Below are positions 1-10,146 of a DNA stretch of 64,000 nt, in pieces. The translations under genes were made by a program, and so were the position numbers. Each line of letters opens with the position of its first letter. Positions within the stretch are counted from its first letter, which is position 1. The DNA comes from Candidatus Iainarchaeum sp. (GTDB lineage: Archaea; Iainarchaeota; Iainarchaeia; Iainarchaeales; Iainarchaeaceae), in contig JBDRLP010000027.1 in assembly GCA_043812975.1 (NCBI GenBank), positions 32,001 to 96,000 of the forward strand, read 5' to 3'. The notes below the pieces were generated by a model that had not been told where the DNA came from, ran no database searches, and saw only the letters and a program-made list of their open reading frames with translations.

Positions 1-395
1 TAGCTTCCAATTCCGGTTTTGAAATAATTCAATCAGACCCTATAATTGCATTCGAATCGATTGACTCAAGTCCAGGAGAAACAACTTCTATTATTTATTC
101 TTTAAAACAAGCGCTTACTAAAGAGCAGGCAGATATTTTGCTTTCATCAAATGTAATGAACTTTTATATTTCCCCGCCTATTCTAGTCGATTCAACAACT
201 GACTTATCCTCAGTTAAGCTTTCTTCGTTACTGAACTTTAATTCATTAATATCTTCTTTACCTCCGATTGAATGGACTACGACTAATCTGGTTATTGTAG
301 GAATAGCGATTCTTGCAATTTTGTTTATAATTTTAGTTATTGTATTGTTGGCAGTATTTGCAGGGTATTATTTTTTCATAAGAAAAAAACACTGA
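1..395 (+). CDS. Partial (5'-truncated) membrane-anchored protein
   Basis: Frame open from position 3; C-terminal TM helix followed by RKKH. Confidence 0.7.
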   Translation, partial: ASNSGFEIIQSDPIIAFESIDSSPGETTSIIYSLKQALTKEQADILLSSNVMNFYISPPILVDSTTDLSSVKLSSLLNFNSLISSLPPIEWTTTNLVIVGIAILAILFIILVIVLLAVFAGYYFFIRKKH

Positions 396-401
396 TTTAC
401 A

Positions 402-1454
402 ATGAGTTTTGAAAAATTTTTAAAAGAATCTGCTAAGAATATTGATGAAGAACTGGAGAAATTTTTCCCTAAAAAAATCACTGCTAAATGGGTTTCTGAA
501 TATTTAGGTAATCCAGAATTTAGTTTTGATGAAAATTCTTCGCAAAAAGCAGTTGTTGATCCGATTTGGGATTTTTTAGCTCGGGGTGGAAAACGATGGA
601 GGCCAACTTTAATGTTACTTGCATGTGAAGCAGTTGGCGGAAATAAAAAAGAAGCAATGCCTTTTACTGTTATTCCTGAACTTGTTCACAATGGGACGAT
701 AATGGTTGATGATGTGGAAGATAATTCTTCACTGAGAAGAGGTAAACAATCAACTCATTTAATTTATGGGGCGGATGTTGCAATAAATGCAGGAAATGCA
801 ATGTACTTTCTGCCGTTAGTAACACTAATCAATGACACTAATATTTCTGCTGAACAAAAAGCAACTATTTATGATTTGTATGCAAAAGAACTTCTGAAAC
901 TTTCTTTTGGGCAGGCAATGGATATTTATTGGCATAATGGCCATTCTGATGTAACAGAACAGCAGTACTTACAGATGACTTCTTACAAAACAGGGTCCTT
1001 ATCAAGATTAGCTGTTGGTTTGGGAGTAATATTAGGAAAAGGATCAGAAAAACAAATTTCTGTTTTGTCTGATTTTGCAACTAGTTTAGGAGTTGCTTTT
1101 CAGATTCATGATGATGTTTTGAACCTTAAACCTGCGAAGGATTGGGGTAAAGAAACCGGGGATGATATCCAGGAAGGTAAAAGAACTCTAATAATTATTC
1201 ATGCTTTTTCAGTAATTAGCCCCGATAAAAAGGATCGATTAACAAAAATTTTGGATGCTAAAAAAAATACTGCGGCAGAAATAAAAGAAGCAATTTCTAT
1301 TTTGGATGAATCAGGTTCGATTGATTATGCTAAAAAGTTTGCAAAAGATATTGTTGTTGAAAGCTGGTCAAATCTTAGTAAGTCTCTTGACGAATCTGAC
1401 GCAAAAAAAATGCTGAAAGAATTTGCAGATTATGTTATTAAACGAGAAATTTAA
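402..1454 (+). CDS. idsA: Polyprenyl (geranylgeranyl) diphosphate synthase
   Basis: GGKRWRP, DDVED..LRRG, YKTG, FQIHDD motifs. Confidence 0.92.
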   Translation: MSFEKFLKESAKNIDEELEKFFPKKITAKWVSEYLGNPEFSFDENSSQKAVVDPIWDFLARGGKRWRPTLMLLACEAVGGNKKEAMPFTVIPELVHNGTIMVDDVEDNSSLRRGKQSTHLIYGADVAINAGNAMYFLPLVTLINDTNISAEQKATIYDLYAKELLKLSFGQAMDIYWHNGHSDVTEQQYLQMTSYKTGSLSRLAVGLGVILGKGSEKQISVLSDFATSLGVAFQIHDDVLNLKPAKDWGKETGDDIQEGKRTLIIIHAFSVISPDKKDRLTKILDAKKNTAAEIKEAISILDESGSIDYAKKFAKDIVVESWSNLSKSLDESDAKKMLKEFADYVIKREI

Positions 1455-2197
1455 ACATCGTATTCTTTGTCTACTTTTTTGATGTTCATCCCTTTAGAAT
1501 CAATTTCTATTGGGTGTAAATCTTCCGAATGGTGTGTCGCACGCATTTTTCTTATGTGAAGAGTTCTGTTGCTTCTTGTTCCTATGCCCATGTAGTGTAA
1601 CACTATTACTCCGTCAACAACATATTCTTCTATTCCGTATTTTCCGAATTTGTTTTCTCCTTCAAAGACTTCTGAAGTCATCAATGTCGTAACTCCTATT
1701 CTCATTAAAAGATAAGAAAGTTTCAGAATCGCGTTTCTGATTTCGTTTTCATTTTCATAATTCATTCCCATTGCAGGAATAGAATCAATCACCAGTCTTT
1801 TTGCGCCTATTCTTTTTGTAGTGCGCATTATTTCAAGCAAAAGTTTGTCAATATCAAATCCGGTTGCAGGCATTGCAAATTCTTCTTCGCTAGGAATCCC
1901 GATTTTTGCCAGACTTCCATCAATAATGTGTATCAGGTTGTTTTCTTCAAGTTTTCTTAAATCCCAGCCGAATCTTTGCATGTCCTGTCTTATAAGTTCA
2001 GGTCGTTCATCAAGAGTTACATAAATGCCTGGTTCTTTGTATTTAGAAGCCCCCTCGTAAAGGTATTGGGCGCAAAAAATAGTTTTTCCTGTACCGCAAG
2101 CCCCTGATATTAAGGTTGTTCTCCCTTCTAGAAAACCGCCTTCGATAAGCTTGTCTAATCCGTTTATCCCTGTCGGGACTCTACCCATTTCAGTCAA
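1451..2197 (-). CDS. KaiC/RAD55-like single-domain RecA-superfamily ATPase
   Basis: TGINGLDKLIEGG, Walker A GACGTGKT, RLVIDS, IRKMR. Confidence 0.88.
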   Translation of the reverse strand: MTEMGRVPTGINGLDKLIEGGFLEGRTTLISGACGTGKTIFCAQYLYEGASKYKEPGIYVTLDERPELIRQDMQRFGWDLRKLEENNLIHIIDGSLAKIGIPSEEEFAMPATGFDIDKLLLEIMRTTKRIGAKRLVIDSIPAMGMNYENENEIRNAILKLSYLLMRIGVTTLMTSEVFEGENKFGKYGIEEYVVDGVIVLHYMGIGTRSNRTLHIRKMRATHHSEDLHPIEIDSKGMNIKKVDKEYDV

Positions 2198-2247
2198 AGT
2201 ATCACGTTATAGTTTGCTTTGAACTTGTATTTATATCTTTTCAAAAT

Positions 2248-2331
2248 GATTAAATTGCATTGATTAAACCGCATAGGTTAAACCGCATAGGTTAAATCGC
2301 ATAGATTAAACTGCATTGAATAAATCACATT
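2248..2331. repeat. Six imperfect tandem 14-bp repeats (GRTTAAAYYGCATW-like)
   Basis: Units gattaaattgcatt, gattaaaccgcata, ggttaaaccgcata, ggttaaatcgcata, gattaaactgcatt, gaataaatcacatt. Confidence 0.9.
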
Positions 2332-2359
2332 TATAATAATTTACTTCTTTAATAAAATA

Positions 2360-3583
2360 ATGAAAAAATATCTATTGGCTCTATTACTAGTTTTGTTCGT
2401 ACAACCTGCGTTTGCTGGTCAATTATTTATTTTAGATGTATCGTCTCATACCTCAATTCCTTCAACAATTTATGCTGGAGATTTGGTCACAGTTAATGTC
2501 AATGTTACTAATACAAGTGGTGTTGGTCAGGCTGCAGATGATATTGGTGTTTCATTACTGCTTAATGAAAACGATTTTGAAATAATTGATGTTGATGAAA
2601 ATATTGATTCAATAAAATCTAAAGGATCAAAAACAGTTTCTCTTAGATTCAGAGTGAAAGAGGATACTCTTCCTGGGATTTATAAAATTCCTGTATTTTT
2701 GGATTATTTTTCAGGATCTGATGAATTAAATCAGGTTGAAACTATCGATTTAACAGTAATTTCATGTAATACTCTGAACATCAATGAAATAGATTTAAGC
2801 AATTTTAAACCACATATTAATGATTCTCTTGTTATTACTGCAACCATTAAAAACAACTGTTCAACTGCCGCAAGAGATGTTGAAATAAGTTTGACTCCGA
2901 TAACTAATGCGACAATTGATCCGTTTATTGTTGCGGCGGATTCCTTAAAGATAGGGGATATTTTGTCAGGAGAGCAGGAACAGGCAAAATTTAATTTACA
3001 GATAACTGATAAGGTCGATTCTCAAACTTACGTTTTCTCAATTGATGCCAACTGTGATAGTTGCACAACAACTTCCAATTCTTTTTCGTTTCAGGTTTTA
3101 GGGAGACCTGAACTTGTTTTTTCAAACATAGAGTATTCTGTTGATGATGTTTTAGGAAACGATTCGCAAATAATGCAGGGAAGTATATTCACTTTATCTG
3201 TACAGCTTGATAACATTGGTGATGAAAAAGCTAAAGCAGTTAATATTTCTGTTGACTTTGATGAAGCTATTGTAGGAATCAGTAAATCATTCTTAGGGAA
3301 TATAGACCCTGATGATTCGGGAGCAGCTATATTCAATTTAAGTGCTGCTTTTGATGCAAAAGCAGGAGAAACACCAGGGATAATTACAGTTAATTATATT
3401 GATGAACTTGGGGTGGAACGATCTTTTACCGAGAATTATTCACTTTACATTAATGCAGTTCCTCCAACAAGCCCAATAGTTTGGATTTTCATACTGATAT
3501 TAATTATTGTTGTATTGGTTTTGGTTTATTTTATAGTGAAATTTGTTTTCAGGCAACTCGTGCTTAGGAAGCAATCGCGATGA
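2360..3583 (+). CDS. COG1361-like S-layer/CARDB-domain membrane-anchored protein
   Basis: Signal peptide, repeated Ig-like modules (LDNIGDEKA, LGNIDPDDS), C-terminal TM; upstream of ABC genes. Confidence 0.75.
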   Translation: MKKYLLALLLVLFVQPAFAGQLFILDVSSHTSIPSTIYAGDLVTVNVNVTNTSGVGQAADDIGVSLLLNENDFEIIDVDENIDSIKSKGSKTVSLRFRVKEDTLPGIYKIPVFLDYFSGSDELNQVETIDLTVISCNTLNINEIDLSNFKPHINDSLVITATIKNNCSTAARDVEISLTPITNATIDPFIVAADSLKIGDILSGEQEQAKFNLQITDKVDSQTYVFSIDANCDSCTTTSNSFSFQVLGRPELVFSNIEYSVDDVLGNDSQIMQGSIFTLSVQLDNIGDEKAKAVNISVDFDEAIVGISKSFLGNIDPDDSGAAIFNLSAAFDAKAGETPGIITVNYIDELGVERSFTENYSLYINAVPPTSPIVWIFILILIIVVLVLVYFIVKFVFRQLVLRKQSR

Positions 3584-4716
3584 TAAAATTATCTTTCCTT
3601 AATTTATTCAGAAGAAAAACCAGGACTTTTTTGGCAATTGCTGGTATAGCAATTGGAGTAGCAGCAATAATTGTTCTTGTTTCTCTTGTTGACGGTTTTA
3701 CTCTGGAGTTCGATGAAATTATTGGGCAATATAAAGCAATCACTGTTATGGAAAAAGACGCTCAGGATCAGACTCTATCAAAAGTGGATATTTCTTTTGT
3801 ATCAAAACTCGAATCCCTTCCTTATGTAAAAACAGCAGTACCTGAAATAATGTTTCTCCCCCAAAAAATTGATGGCAAAGCCGCAGGCATGAATTCGATT
3901 TCTCCACCAAGTGTTTATGGGATGGATCCTGATAAGTTTTTTTCAACTGGAGGGACTACTTTTCTAGGAGAACTTGACAAAGGTTCATTAATTAGAAACT
4001 CTGATTTAGGCCAGGTAGTAATCGGGAAAAGCATTGTGGAAAACTATAAAAAATTCGTTGGTTCCACAATAAAAATTAACGACAAAAAATTCAGAGTAAA
4101 AGGGACCTTGAAAGCGGACAGTGATTTGTTAGCCGGAATAATTGTAATGAACCTTGCCGATGCAAGAGAATTAAGCGGTTTTGACGAAGATAAATTAACT
4201 TCTATTACAATTTTTTTAACTGACACTTCTAAAGACACTTATGTCGGCGATTTAATAGGGCTTAAGTATGGTGAGGATTTAAGTGTTTTTACTCAGGCTG
4301 ATATGTCTGAGATGTTCGGAGAAGTTATTGGAAACCTAAGACTCTTGGCAATTGCTGTTGCATTAATTTCAGGAATTGTTGCAGGCATAGGAATAGCAAA
4401 CACTATTCTAATGAGTGTTCTTGAAAGATTTAAGGAAATTGGTGCATTGAAAGCAGTTGGCTGGACAAATAGCAATGTATTGAGAATGATTCTTTATGAA
4501 GCTTTTTTCCTTGGAGTGATAGGAGGAGTTATTGGAATAATCCTTGGTTTTGTTGTTGCTGAATCAATTTCATCTCTTACAGGTATTGGCTATTATGCAA
4601 GCCCTGCGCTTATAATAACAAGTTTTTTATATGCAATTTTATTAGGCATTATTGCAGGAGTATATCCTGCGTATAGGGCTTCAAAGCTCAATCCAATAGA
4701 GGCATTAAGGAGTTGA
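3580..4716 (+). CDS. MacB/FtsX-family ABC permease
   Basis: NLFRRKTRTFL, SVLERFKEIGALKAVG, YPAYRASKLNPIEALR. Confidence 0.9.
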   Translation: MIKLSFLNLFRRKTRTFLAIAGIAIGVAAIIVLVSLVDGFTLEFDEIIGQYKAITVMEKDAQDQTLSKVDISFVSKLESLPYVKTAVPEIMFLPQKIDGKAAGMNSISPPSVYGMDPDKFFSTGGTTFLGELDKGSLIRNSDLGQVVIGKSIVENYKKFVGSTIKINDKKFRVKGTLKADSDLLAGIIVMNLADARELSGFDEDKLTSITIFLTDTSKDTYVGDLIGLKYGEDLSVFTQADMSEMFGEVIGNLRLLAIAVALISGIVAGIGIANTILMSVLERFKEIGALKAVGWTNSNVLRMILYEAFFLGVIGGVIGIILGFVVAESISSLTGIGYYASPALIITSFLYAILLGIIAGVYPAYRASKLNPIEALRS

Positions 4717-4720
4717 TGAA

Positions 4721-5431
4721 ATGAAAGAAACCCCCGTGATAGAAATTAAGGACGTAAAAAAATATTATGAATTAGGCGAAGTAACTGTAAAGGCTTTAGA
4801 TGGAGTTTCACTTAAAATATTTGAAGGAGATTTTGTTGTTATAGTGGGGCCGAGTGGTTCAGGAAAAAGTACTTTGATGCACATTCTTGGAACGCTTGAT
4901 TATCCAACTGCCGGTGAGGTTTTCATTGATCAAGAAAATTTAAAAGATTTGGATGAGTGGGAACTTGCCATGCTCCGTAGAAAAAAAATCGGTTTCATTT
5001 TTCAGTCATTTAATCTAATTCCGACTCTTAATGCTCTTGAGAATGTAGTTATTCCAACAGAACCTCTTCCAGGGGATAAAGAATATCTTGAGGACCGAGG
5101 AATAGAACTTTTAAAATCAGTTAAATTAGGAGACCGAATGCTTCACAAACCAGATGAACTTTCAGGAGGGCAAAGACAAAGAGTTTCAATTGCCAGAGCT
5201 TTAATTAATAATCCTGAAATAATTTTTGCTGATGAACCAACAGGCAACTTAGATTCTGTTACAGGAAGACAAATAGTGGATTTAATGTACGATCTTAACC
5301 AAAAAGAGAACAAAACTTTTGTTTTGGTTACCCATGACCCCTCATTGCTGGATTATGCAACCAAACGAATTTTTATTTTGGATGGGAAAATAACCAAAAT
5401 AGAGGAAAACAAAAGAAAAAAACGAAAGTGA
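4721..5431 (+). CDS. ABC transporter ATPase (LolD/MacB type)
   Basis: GPSGSGKST, LSGGQRQR, ADEPTGNLD. Confidence 0.93.
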   Translation: MKETPVIEIKDVKKYYELGEVTVKALDGVSLKIFEGDFVVIVGPSGSGKSTLMHILGTLDYPTAGEVFIDQENLKDLDEWELAMLRRKKIGFIFQSFNLIPTLNALENVVIPTEPLPGDKEYLEDRGIELLKSVKLGDRMLHKPDELSGGQRQRVSIARALINNPEIIFADEPTGNLDSVTGRQIVDLMYDLNQKENKTFVLVTHDPSLLDYATKRIFILDGKITKIEENKRKKRK

Positions 5432-5437
5432 TTTTAA

Positions 5438-6574
5438 ATGTTAAAACTCAGTTTAATCAATCTCACAAGACACAAACTCAGAACTATTCTTTCAGTTTTG
5501 GGGATTGTTATCGGCGTTGCCTCTTTAATTGCGTTAGTTTCAATTGTTGACGGAATAAAATTTGATATTACTGATGCTTTAAGCAATGCTCAAGGAGCAA
5601 GAGTTACTCCAATAGGAAGCACTGATCCTATCTTTGGTTCTTTTGATGAGTCATGGGGTGATAAAATCGAAAAAATTCAAGGCGTAAAAGTCGCGGTGCC
5701 AAATATAATGCAGCTTGCTAAATCTATTGAAGGCAAACCTGTGGATATAGGAACCGGAGCAAGGCTTATAGGGATAAATTTGTTAAAAAATTCTAAAGCA
5801 GGAGCCAGTGGTTTTGATGGAGAATTATTAGAGGGAAGAGATTTTGTTGTTTCAGATGAAGGAAAAAGTGTTGCGATGATTGGAGAAATTGTCAAAGATA
5901 CTCACAATAAATTTCTGGGTTCAAAAATAGAGGTTAATGGGAAAAAATTGCAGATAATAGGAGTTTATAGTACTGGGTCAGATTTGCTTGATAATTCAAT
6001 TTTAATGCCTATTGAAACAGCAAGAGATGTAACTGGGTTTCCTAAAGGCAAAGTCAGTTACATTAATGTGATGGTTAATGTTCCAAGCGAGGATCAAAAA
6101 GTTGTTGATAAAATAAATCTGATTTACGGTGACGAAATCAAAGCCACTAGTTTGAGCGATTTTTCTACACAGTTTGGTGCAATTTTTGACAGCATTACTG
6201 CTTTGGTTGTTGTAATTGCATCAATCGCATCGATTGTTGCAGCAGTAGGCATAATCAATACAATGCTCATGAGTGTTCTTGAAAGATTTAAGGAAATTGG
6301 TGCATTGAAAGCAGTTGGCTGGACAAACAGCAATGTATTGAGAATGATTCTTTACGAATCATTGTTTATTGGAATAATTGGCGGTTTTTTTGGGATTATT
6401 TTAGGTTTGATAGTGTCAATTTTTATAGAAGAATTTGGTTTAACAACTGTTGTTACGCCTGAATTGATTATTGGGTCATTTTCAGGAGCAGTTTTTGTCG
6501 GAGTAATTGCAGGCATATATCCCGCAGTTAGTGCTTCAAGAATGAATCCGGTTGATGCTTTAAGAGCAGAGTAA
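5438..6574 (+). CDS. MacB/FtsX-family ABC permease (second paralog)
   Basis: Same family motifs as 3580-4716. Confidence 0.9.
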   Translation: MLKLSLINLTRHKLRTILSVLGIVIGVASLIALVSIVDGIKFDITDALSNAQGARVTPIGSTDPIFGSFDESWGDKIEKIQGVKVAVPNIMQLAKSIEGKPVDIGTGARLIGINLLKNSKAGASGFDGELLEGRDFVVSDEGKSVAMIGEIVKDTHNKFLGSKIEVNGKKLQIIGVYSTGSDLLDNSILMPIETARDVTGFPKGKVSYINVMVNVPSEDQKVVDKINLIYGDEIKATSLSDFSTQFGAIFDSITALVVVIASIASIVAAVGIINTMLMSVLERFKEIGALKAVGWTNSNVLRMILYESLFIGIIGGFFGIILGLIVSIFIEEFGLTTVVTPELIIGSFSGAVFVGVIAGIYPAVSASRMNPVDALRAE

Positions 6575-8425
6575 TTATTCTCTATAAACATTGGTAACTC
6601 CTTCTACTTTTGAAATTTTTTTAAACAATTCTTCTAATTGAGAAACATTTTTGATTTTCAAACCAAATTTACATTCCACTGCATTGTTTGTAATAATTTT
6701 AGCATTTGCAGAACTGACGCGGATGTCGATTTTTGAAATTACCTCAAGCAGGTCTTTTAACAACCCAATCCTGTCAGAAGCATTGACTATAAGCTCTGTT
6801 TCATATGCGCTTTCAGAACCATGCCACGAAACTCCGATAAGAGTTCCTTTGTATTTACTAACTTCATTGCAGTCAATTCTATGAACTGATATTTTTCTTT
6901 TAGTTGTTTTTAAACCTACTATGTCATCTCCTGGAAGAGGAGAACAGCATTTAGCAAGTCTAATTTTTTTATCGCTGATTTTTATTTTTTGTGTACCCGT
7001 CTTGTTTGTTAAAGGCATTTTTTTAGATGTTTGAATTTGTAGCTTAGCTTTTATTTTCTGTTTGGCTTTTGAGGTTTTTACAAAACCAAGCCAGCTCATT
7101 TTAGGACTCTGTTTTTGAGAAGTAACTATCTCAATAATATCACTATTTTTTATAATTGCATGTAAAGGAGCAATACTCCCATTTATTTTTGCATTTTGAC
7201 AATGATCTCCAATATCAGAATGAACTGCGTATGCAAAATCAATTACTGTTGATCCTTCTGGTAATTCAATCACTTGGCCCTTTGGGGTTAATGCAAAAAT
7301 TTCTTTTTTGAATATGTTGGTTTCAGTTTGATCAGTAGATGTTTTTTGCCAGTCTAAAATCTGTTTTACCCATTCAATTTTTTTGTCAAATTTGGAATCC
7401 GTTTTTCCTCCTTTGTATAGCCAGTGAGAAGCTAGGCCGTATTCTGCAGCATCGTGCATTTCTTTTGTTTTGATTTGAATTTCAATAGGGTTTCCCATGT
7501 GGCTTTGAATTGCAGCGTGCAATGCTTTGTAACCATTTCTTTTTGGCTTTACAATATAGTCATCAAATTCCCCAGGTATTGGTTTCCAGACACTATGGAT
7601 AATTCCAAGAACTTCATAACAATCTTTTACTGAATCAGTTATAACTCTTAATGCAATCAGATCATAGATTTTGTTTAACCCTGTTTTTTTTAGCTCCATT
7701 TTTTTGTAGGTGCTGTAAATTGTTTTTACTCTGCCTGAAATCTTGGCATTTATTTTTTCTTTTTTTAGTTCTTTTTCTAATATTTCTTTTGTTTTTTTAA
7801 TATCTTGGGTAACGCCTTTAGCTGTTTTATTTATTGCACTGCTAATTAAAGAATAATTTTTAGGATCTTTATACTTGAATGCGAGTTCATTTAGTTCAGA
7901 ACTAATTTGGTATATTCCTATTTTATGTGCTAATGGGGCAAACAGTTCCTGTACATCAGAAACAAATTCTTCTTTATTTTCTATTGACGTTTCAGGAAGA
8001 TTTCTAAGAATAGTAAGAATATCTGCAAGATGCAGTATTATTACCTCAGGATTTGCTGATACTACTACTAAAAGTTTTTTTCTGAAATCTTCTTTATTCT
8101 CTGATTTTACTTGCAATGCTTTTCCAAATCGGATTTCAGAATCCAGTAAACTTGCAATATTTTTCCCAAATTCGTTTTCTACTTGTTTCAGGTATTTTTC
8201 AATGTTTTTTGGTGAGTGGATTAGGCCAGTAATTACAATGTCTTTTCTTTGCTTAAGGCTTAGTAAGAGATTTGCTAATTCTAGCCCGCGGGCTAAACAA
8301 CTGCTCTTTTTTGGACTTTCACTACACGCATTCGAAATAAATTCTATTCCTTTTTCTGCCTCTTTAATAGAGCCATATGCGGATTCAAATTTTTTAAGGA
8401 AGTCTTTCTGCAGGTTAGATTCCAT
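6575..8425 (-). CDS. relA: Long RelA/SpoT homolog: degenerate HD, SYNTH, TGS, ZFD, ACT
   Basis: GRVKTIYSTYKKM, DLIALRV, EFDDYI.KPK.NGY, EIQIKT, TPKG..IELPEGST.IDFAYAVHS, CCSPLPGD. Confidence 0.88.
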   Translation of the reverse strand: MESNLQKDFLKKFESAYGSIKEAEKGIEFISNACSESPKKSSCLARGLELANLLLSLKQRKDIVITGLIHSPKNIEKYLKQVENEFGKNIASLLDSEIRFGKALQVKSENKEDFRKKLLVVVSANPEVIILHLADILTILRNLPETSIENKEEFVSDVQELFAPLAHKIGIYQISSELNELAFKYKDPKNYSLISSAINKTAKGVTQDIKKTKEILEKELKKEKINAKISGRVKTIYSTYKKMELKKTGLNKIYDLIALRVITDSVKDCYEVLGIIHSVWKPIPGEFDDYIVKPKRNGYKALHAAIQSHMGNPIEIQIKTKEMHDAAEYGLASHWLYKGGKTDSKFDKKIEWVKQILDWQKTSTDQTETNIFKKEIFALTPKGQVIELPEGSTVIDFAYAVHSDIGDHCQNAKINGSIAPLHAIIKNSDIIEIVTSQKQSPKMSWLGFVKTSKAKQKIKAKLQIQTSKKMPLTNKTGTQKIKISDKKIRLAKCCSPLPGDDIVGLKTTKRKISVHRIDCNEVSKYKGTLIGVSWHGSESAYETELIVNASDRIGLLKDLLEVISKIDIRVSSANAKIITNNAVECKFGLKIKNVSQLEELFKKISKVEGVTNVYRE

Positions 8426-8523
8426 AGTATTATTTTACTAGTGTAATTATTATAGTATTAATCCTATTTTTGCCTTCAGGTAATCTTTAAATACTACCCT
8501 TCTTTTTCTATACTTGAAGCAAT

Positions 8524-9480
8524 ATGATTCAGTCAATAATTGTGCCAGAAAACGGCAAAGTAAAAAACATCACTTCTGCCCAGCTTTCCGATGTAATAAA
8601 TAAGACATTTGTCTGGATAGATGTTGAAAATCCTAAAGAGGAAGATTTTGAATTTTTAAAAAAGAATTTTCCTTTACACCCTTTAGCAGCCGATCCTATT
8701 TTTGAATCAAGGTTAAGGCCAAAAATAATTGATTTTCAGCAGCACTTATTGTTAGTTTTTCATGAACCAATTATGGAACAAAATAAGTTGTCTTTTTCAA
8801 GAGTTATATTTTTTATAGGAAAAGATTTCCTCATAACTATACACAACAGAAGTCTGCCTTCAATTGATGCAATCAAAGAATTAGTAAACAACAATACAAA
8901 TTTTCTGAAGAAAGGCCCGTCTTTTTTGGTTTATAATATGCTTGATCAGATAACTGATAATTATTTTCCTATTTTGGATGAACTTGATGATGAACTTGAC
9001 AATTTGGAAAACAAAATATTTTTAGGAAATGAAAAAGATACGTTGAGAAAAGTTTTTTCATTAAAGCGTAAAATCCTTGAAATAAAGCGTAAAATTTCTC
9101 CGACAAGAGAAGTTCTTTCAAGCTTGTCAAGACACGAATCAAAAATAATCGATAAAAATGCGTTGATTTATTTCAGGGATGTTTATGATCATGCAATAAG
9201 AATTTCTGACACTATTGATATTTATCGCGATCTATTAACCAGTGTTCTGGATGTTTACATTTCTTTGCAATCAAACAAGTTAAATGAGGTTATGAAAGTT
9301 CTTACTGTAATTGCCACAATTATGATGCCTCTGACTGTAATTACTGGGTTTTACGGAATGAATATTATTTTTCCCGAGGTGGGTTTCTTTAAGGCAGACT
9401 CTTACTTTTTTATTTTGTTCATAATGCTAATAATTTCAGGCCTGATGCTGTTATATTTTAGGAAGAAAAAGTGGTTATAG
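8524..9480 (+). CDS. corA: CorA magnesium/cobalt transporter
   Basis: NEVMKVLT, GFYGMN signature, two C-terminal TMs. Confidence 0.93.
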   Translation: MIQSIIVPENGKVKNITSAQLSDVINKTFVWIDVENPKEEDFEFLKKNFPLHPLAADPIFESRLRPKIIDFQQHLLLVFHEPIMEQNKLSFSRVIFFIGKDFLITIHNRSLPSIDAIKELVNNNTNFLKKGPSFLVYNMLDQITDNYFPILDELDDELDNLENKIFLGNEKDTLRKVFSLKRKILEIKRKISPTREVLSSLSRHESKIIDKNALIYFRDVYDHAIRISDTIDIYRDLLTSVLDVYISLQSNKLNEVMKVLTVIATIMMPLTVITGFYGMNIIFPEVGFFKADSYFFILFIMLIISGLMLLYFRKKKWL

Positions 9481-10145
9481 TGAAAAATTATTTATTTGTT
9501 AATTTCAAAACTTATGAGGAAGCAACCGGAAATAAAGCTTTGGCTCTTGCGAAAATCATTTCAAGTCAGATTACTGAAGAAGTAGAAATAATTCCTGTGG
9601 TCCAGGCTCTTGATTTAAAAGAAGTAGCTTCAAATGTTTCACTTAAAGTTTTTGCCCAACACATTGATCCTATTTATTTTGGTTCCAATACAGGAAAAAT
9701 ACTTCCAGAGGCAGTCAAATCTGCAGGGGCTGTAGGTACTGTTCTTAATCATGCGGAAAATAAAGTTGAAAATGATTTTATTGAAAAAGCAGTTCAAAGA
9801 TGTAAAGAAGTTGGTCTTACAATAATGCTTTGCGCCGAAACTTTAGAAAGAGCCAAACAATTAGCTGTTTTTAATCCTGATTTTATTGCTGTAGAACCTC
9901 CAGAACTTATCGGAGGAGATATTAGTGTTAGCACTGCTAATCCAGAGCTGATTTCCAATTCAGTGAAAGCAATCCATAAAGTGAACAAAGAAATAATTGT
10001 AATAACCGGAGCAGGTGTCAAAAATTCAGACGACGTTAAAAAAGCAGTTGAGCTTGGTTGCCAAGGGGTTTTTGTTGCGTCAGGAATAGTTTGTTCTAAG
10101 AACCAAGAAGCGTCATTGAAAGAACTTTTAAACGGATTTAAATAA
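9471..10145 (+). CDS. tpiA: Triosephosphate isomerase (archaeal type)
   Basis: NFKTY, NHAE, AVEPPELIG, GAGV. Confidence 0.93.
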   Translation: MVIVKNYLFVNFKTYEEATGNKALALAKIISSQITEEVEIIPVVQALDLKEVASNVSLKVFAQHIDPIYFGSNTGKILPEAVKSAGAVGTVLNHAENKVENDFIEKAVQRCKEVGLTIMLCAETLERAKQLAVFNPDFIAVEPPELIGGDISVSTANPELISNSVKAIHKVNKEIIVITGAGVKNSDDVKKAVELGCQGVFVASGIVCSKNQEASLKELLNGFK

Positions 10146-10146
10146 T

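Noticed and set aside
1451..2197. Circadian KaiC clock
   Set aside because: Single-domain ATPase common in archaea; no kaiA or kaiB nearby.
2248..2331. CRISPR array
   Set aside because: Contiguous 14-bp units with no spacers and no cas genes.
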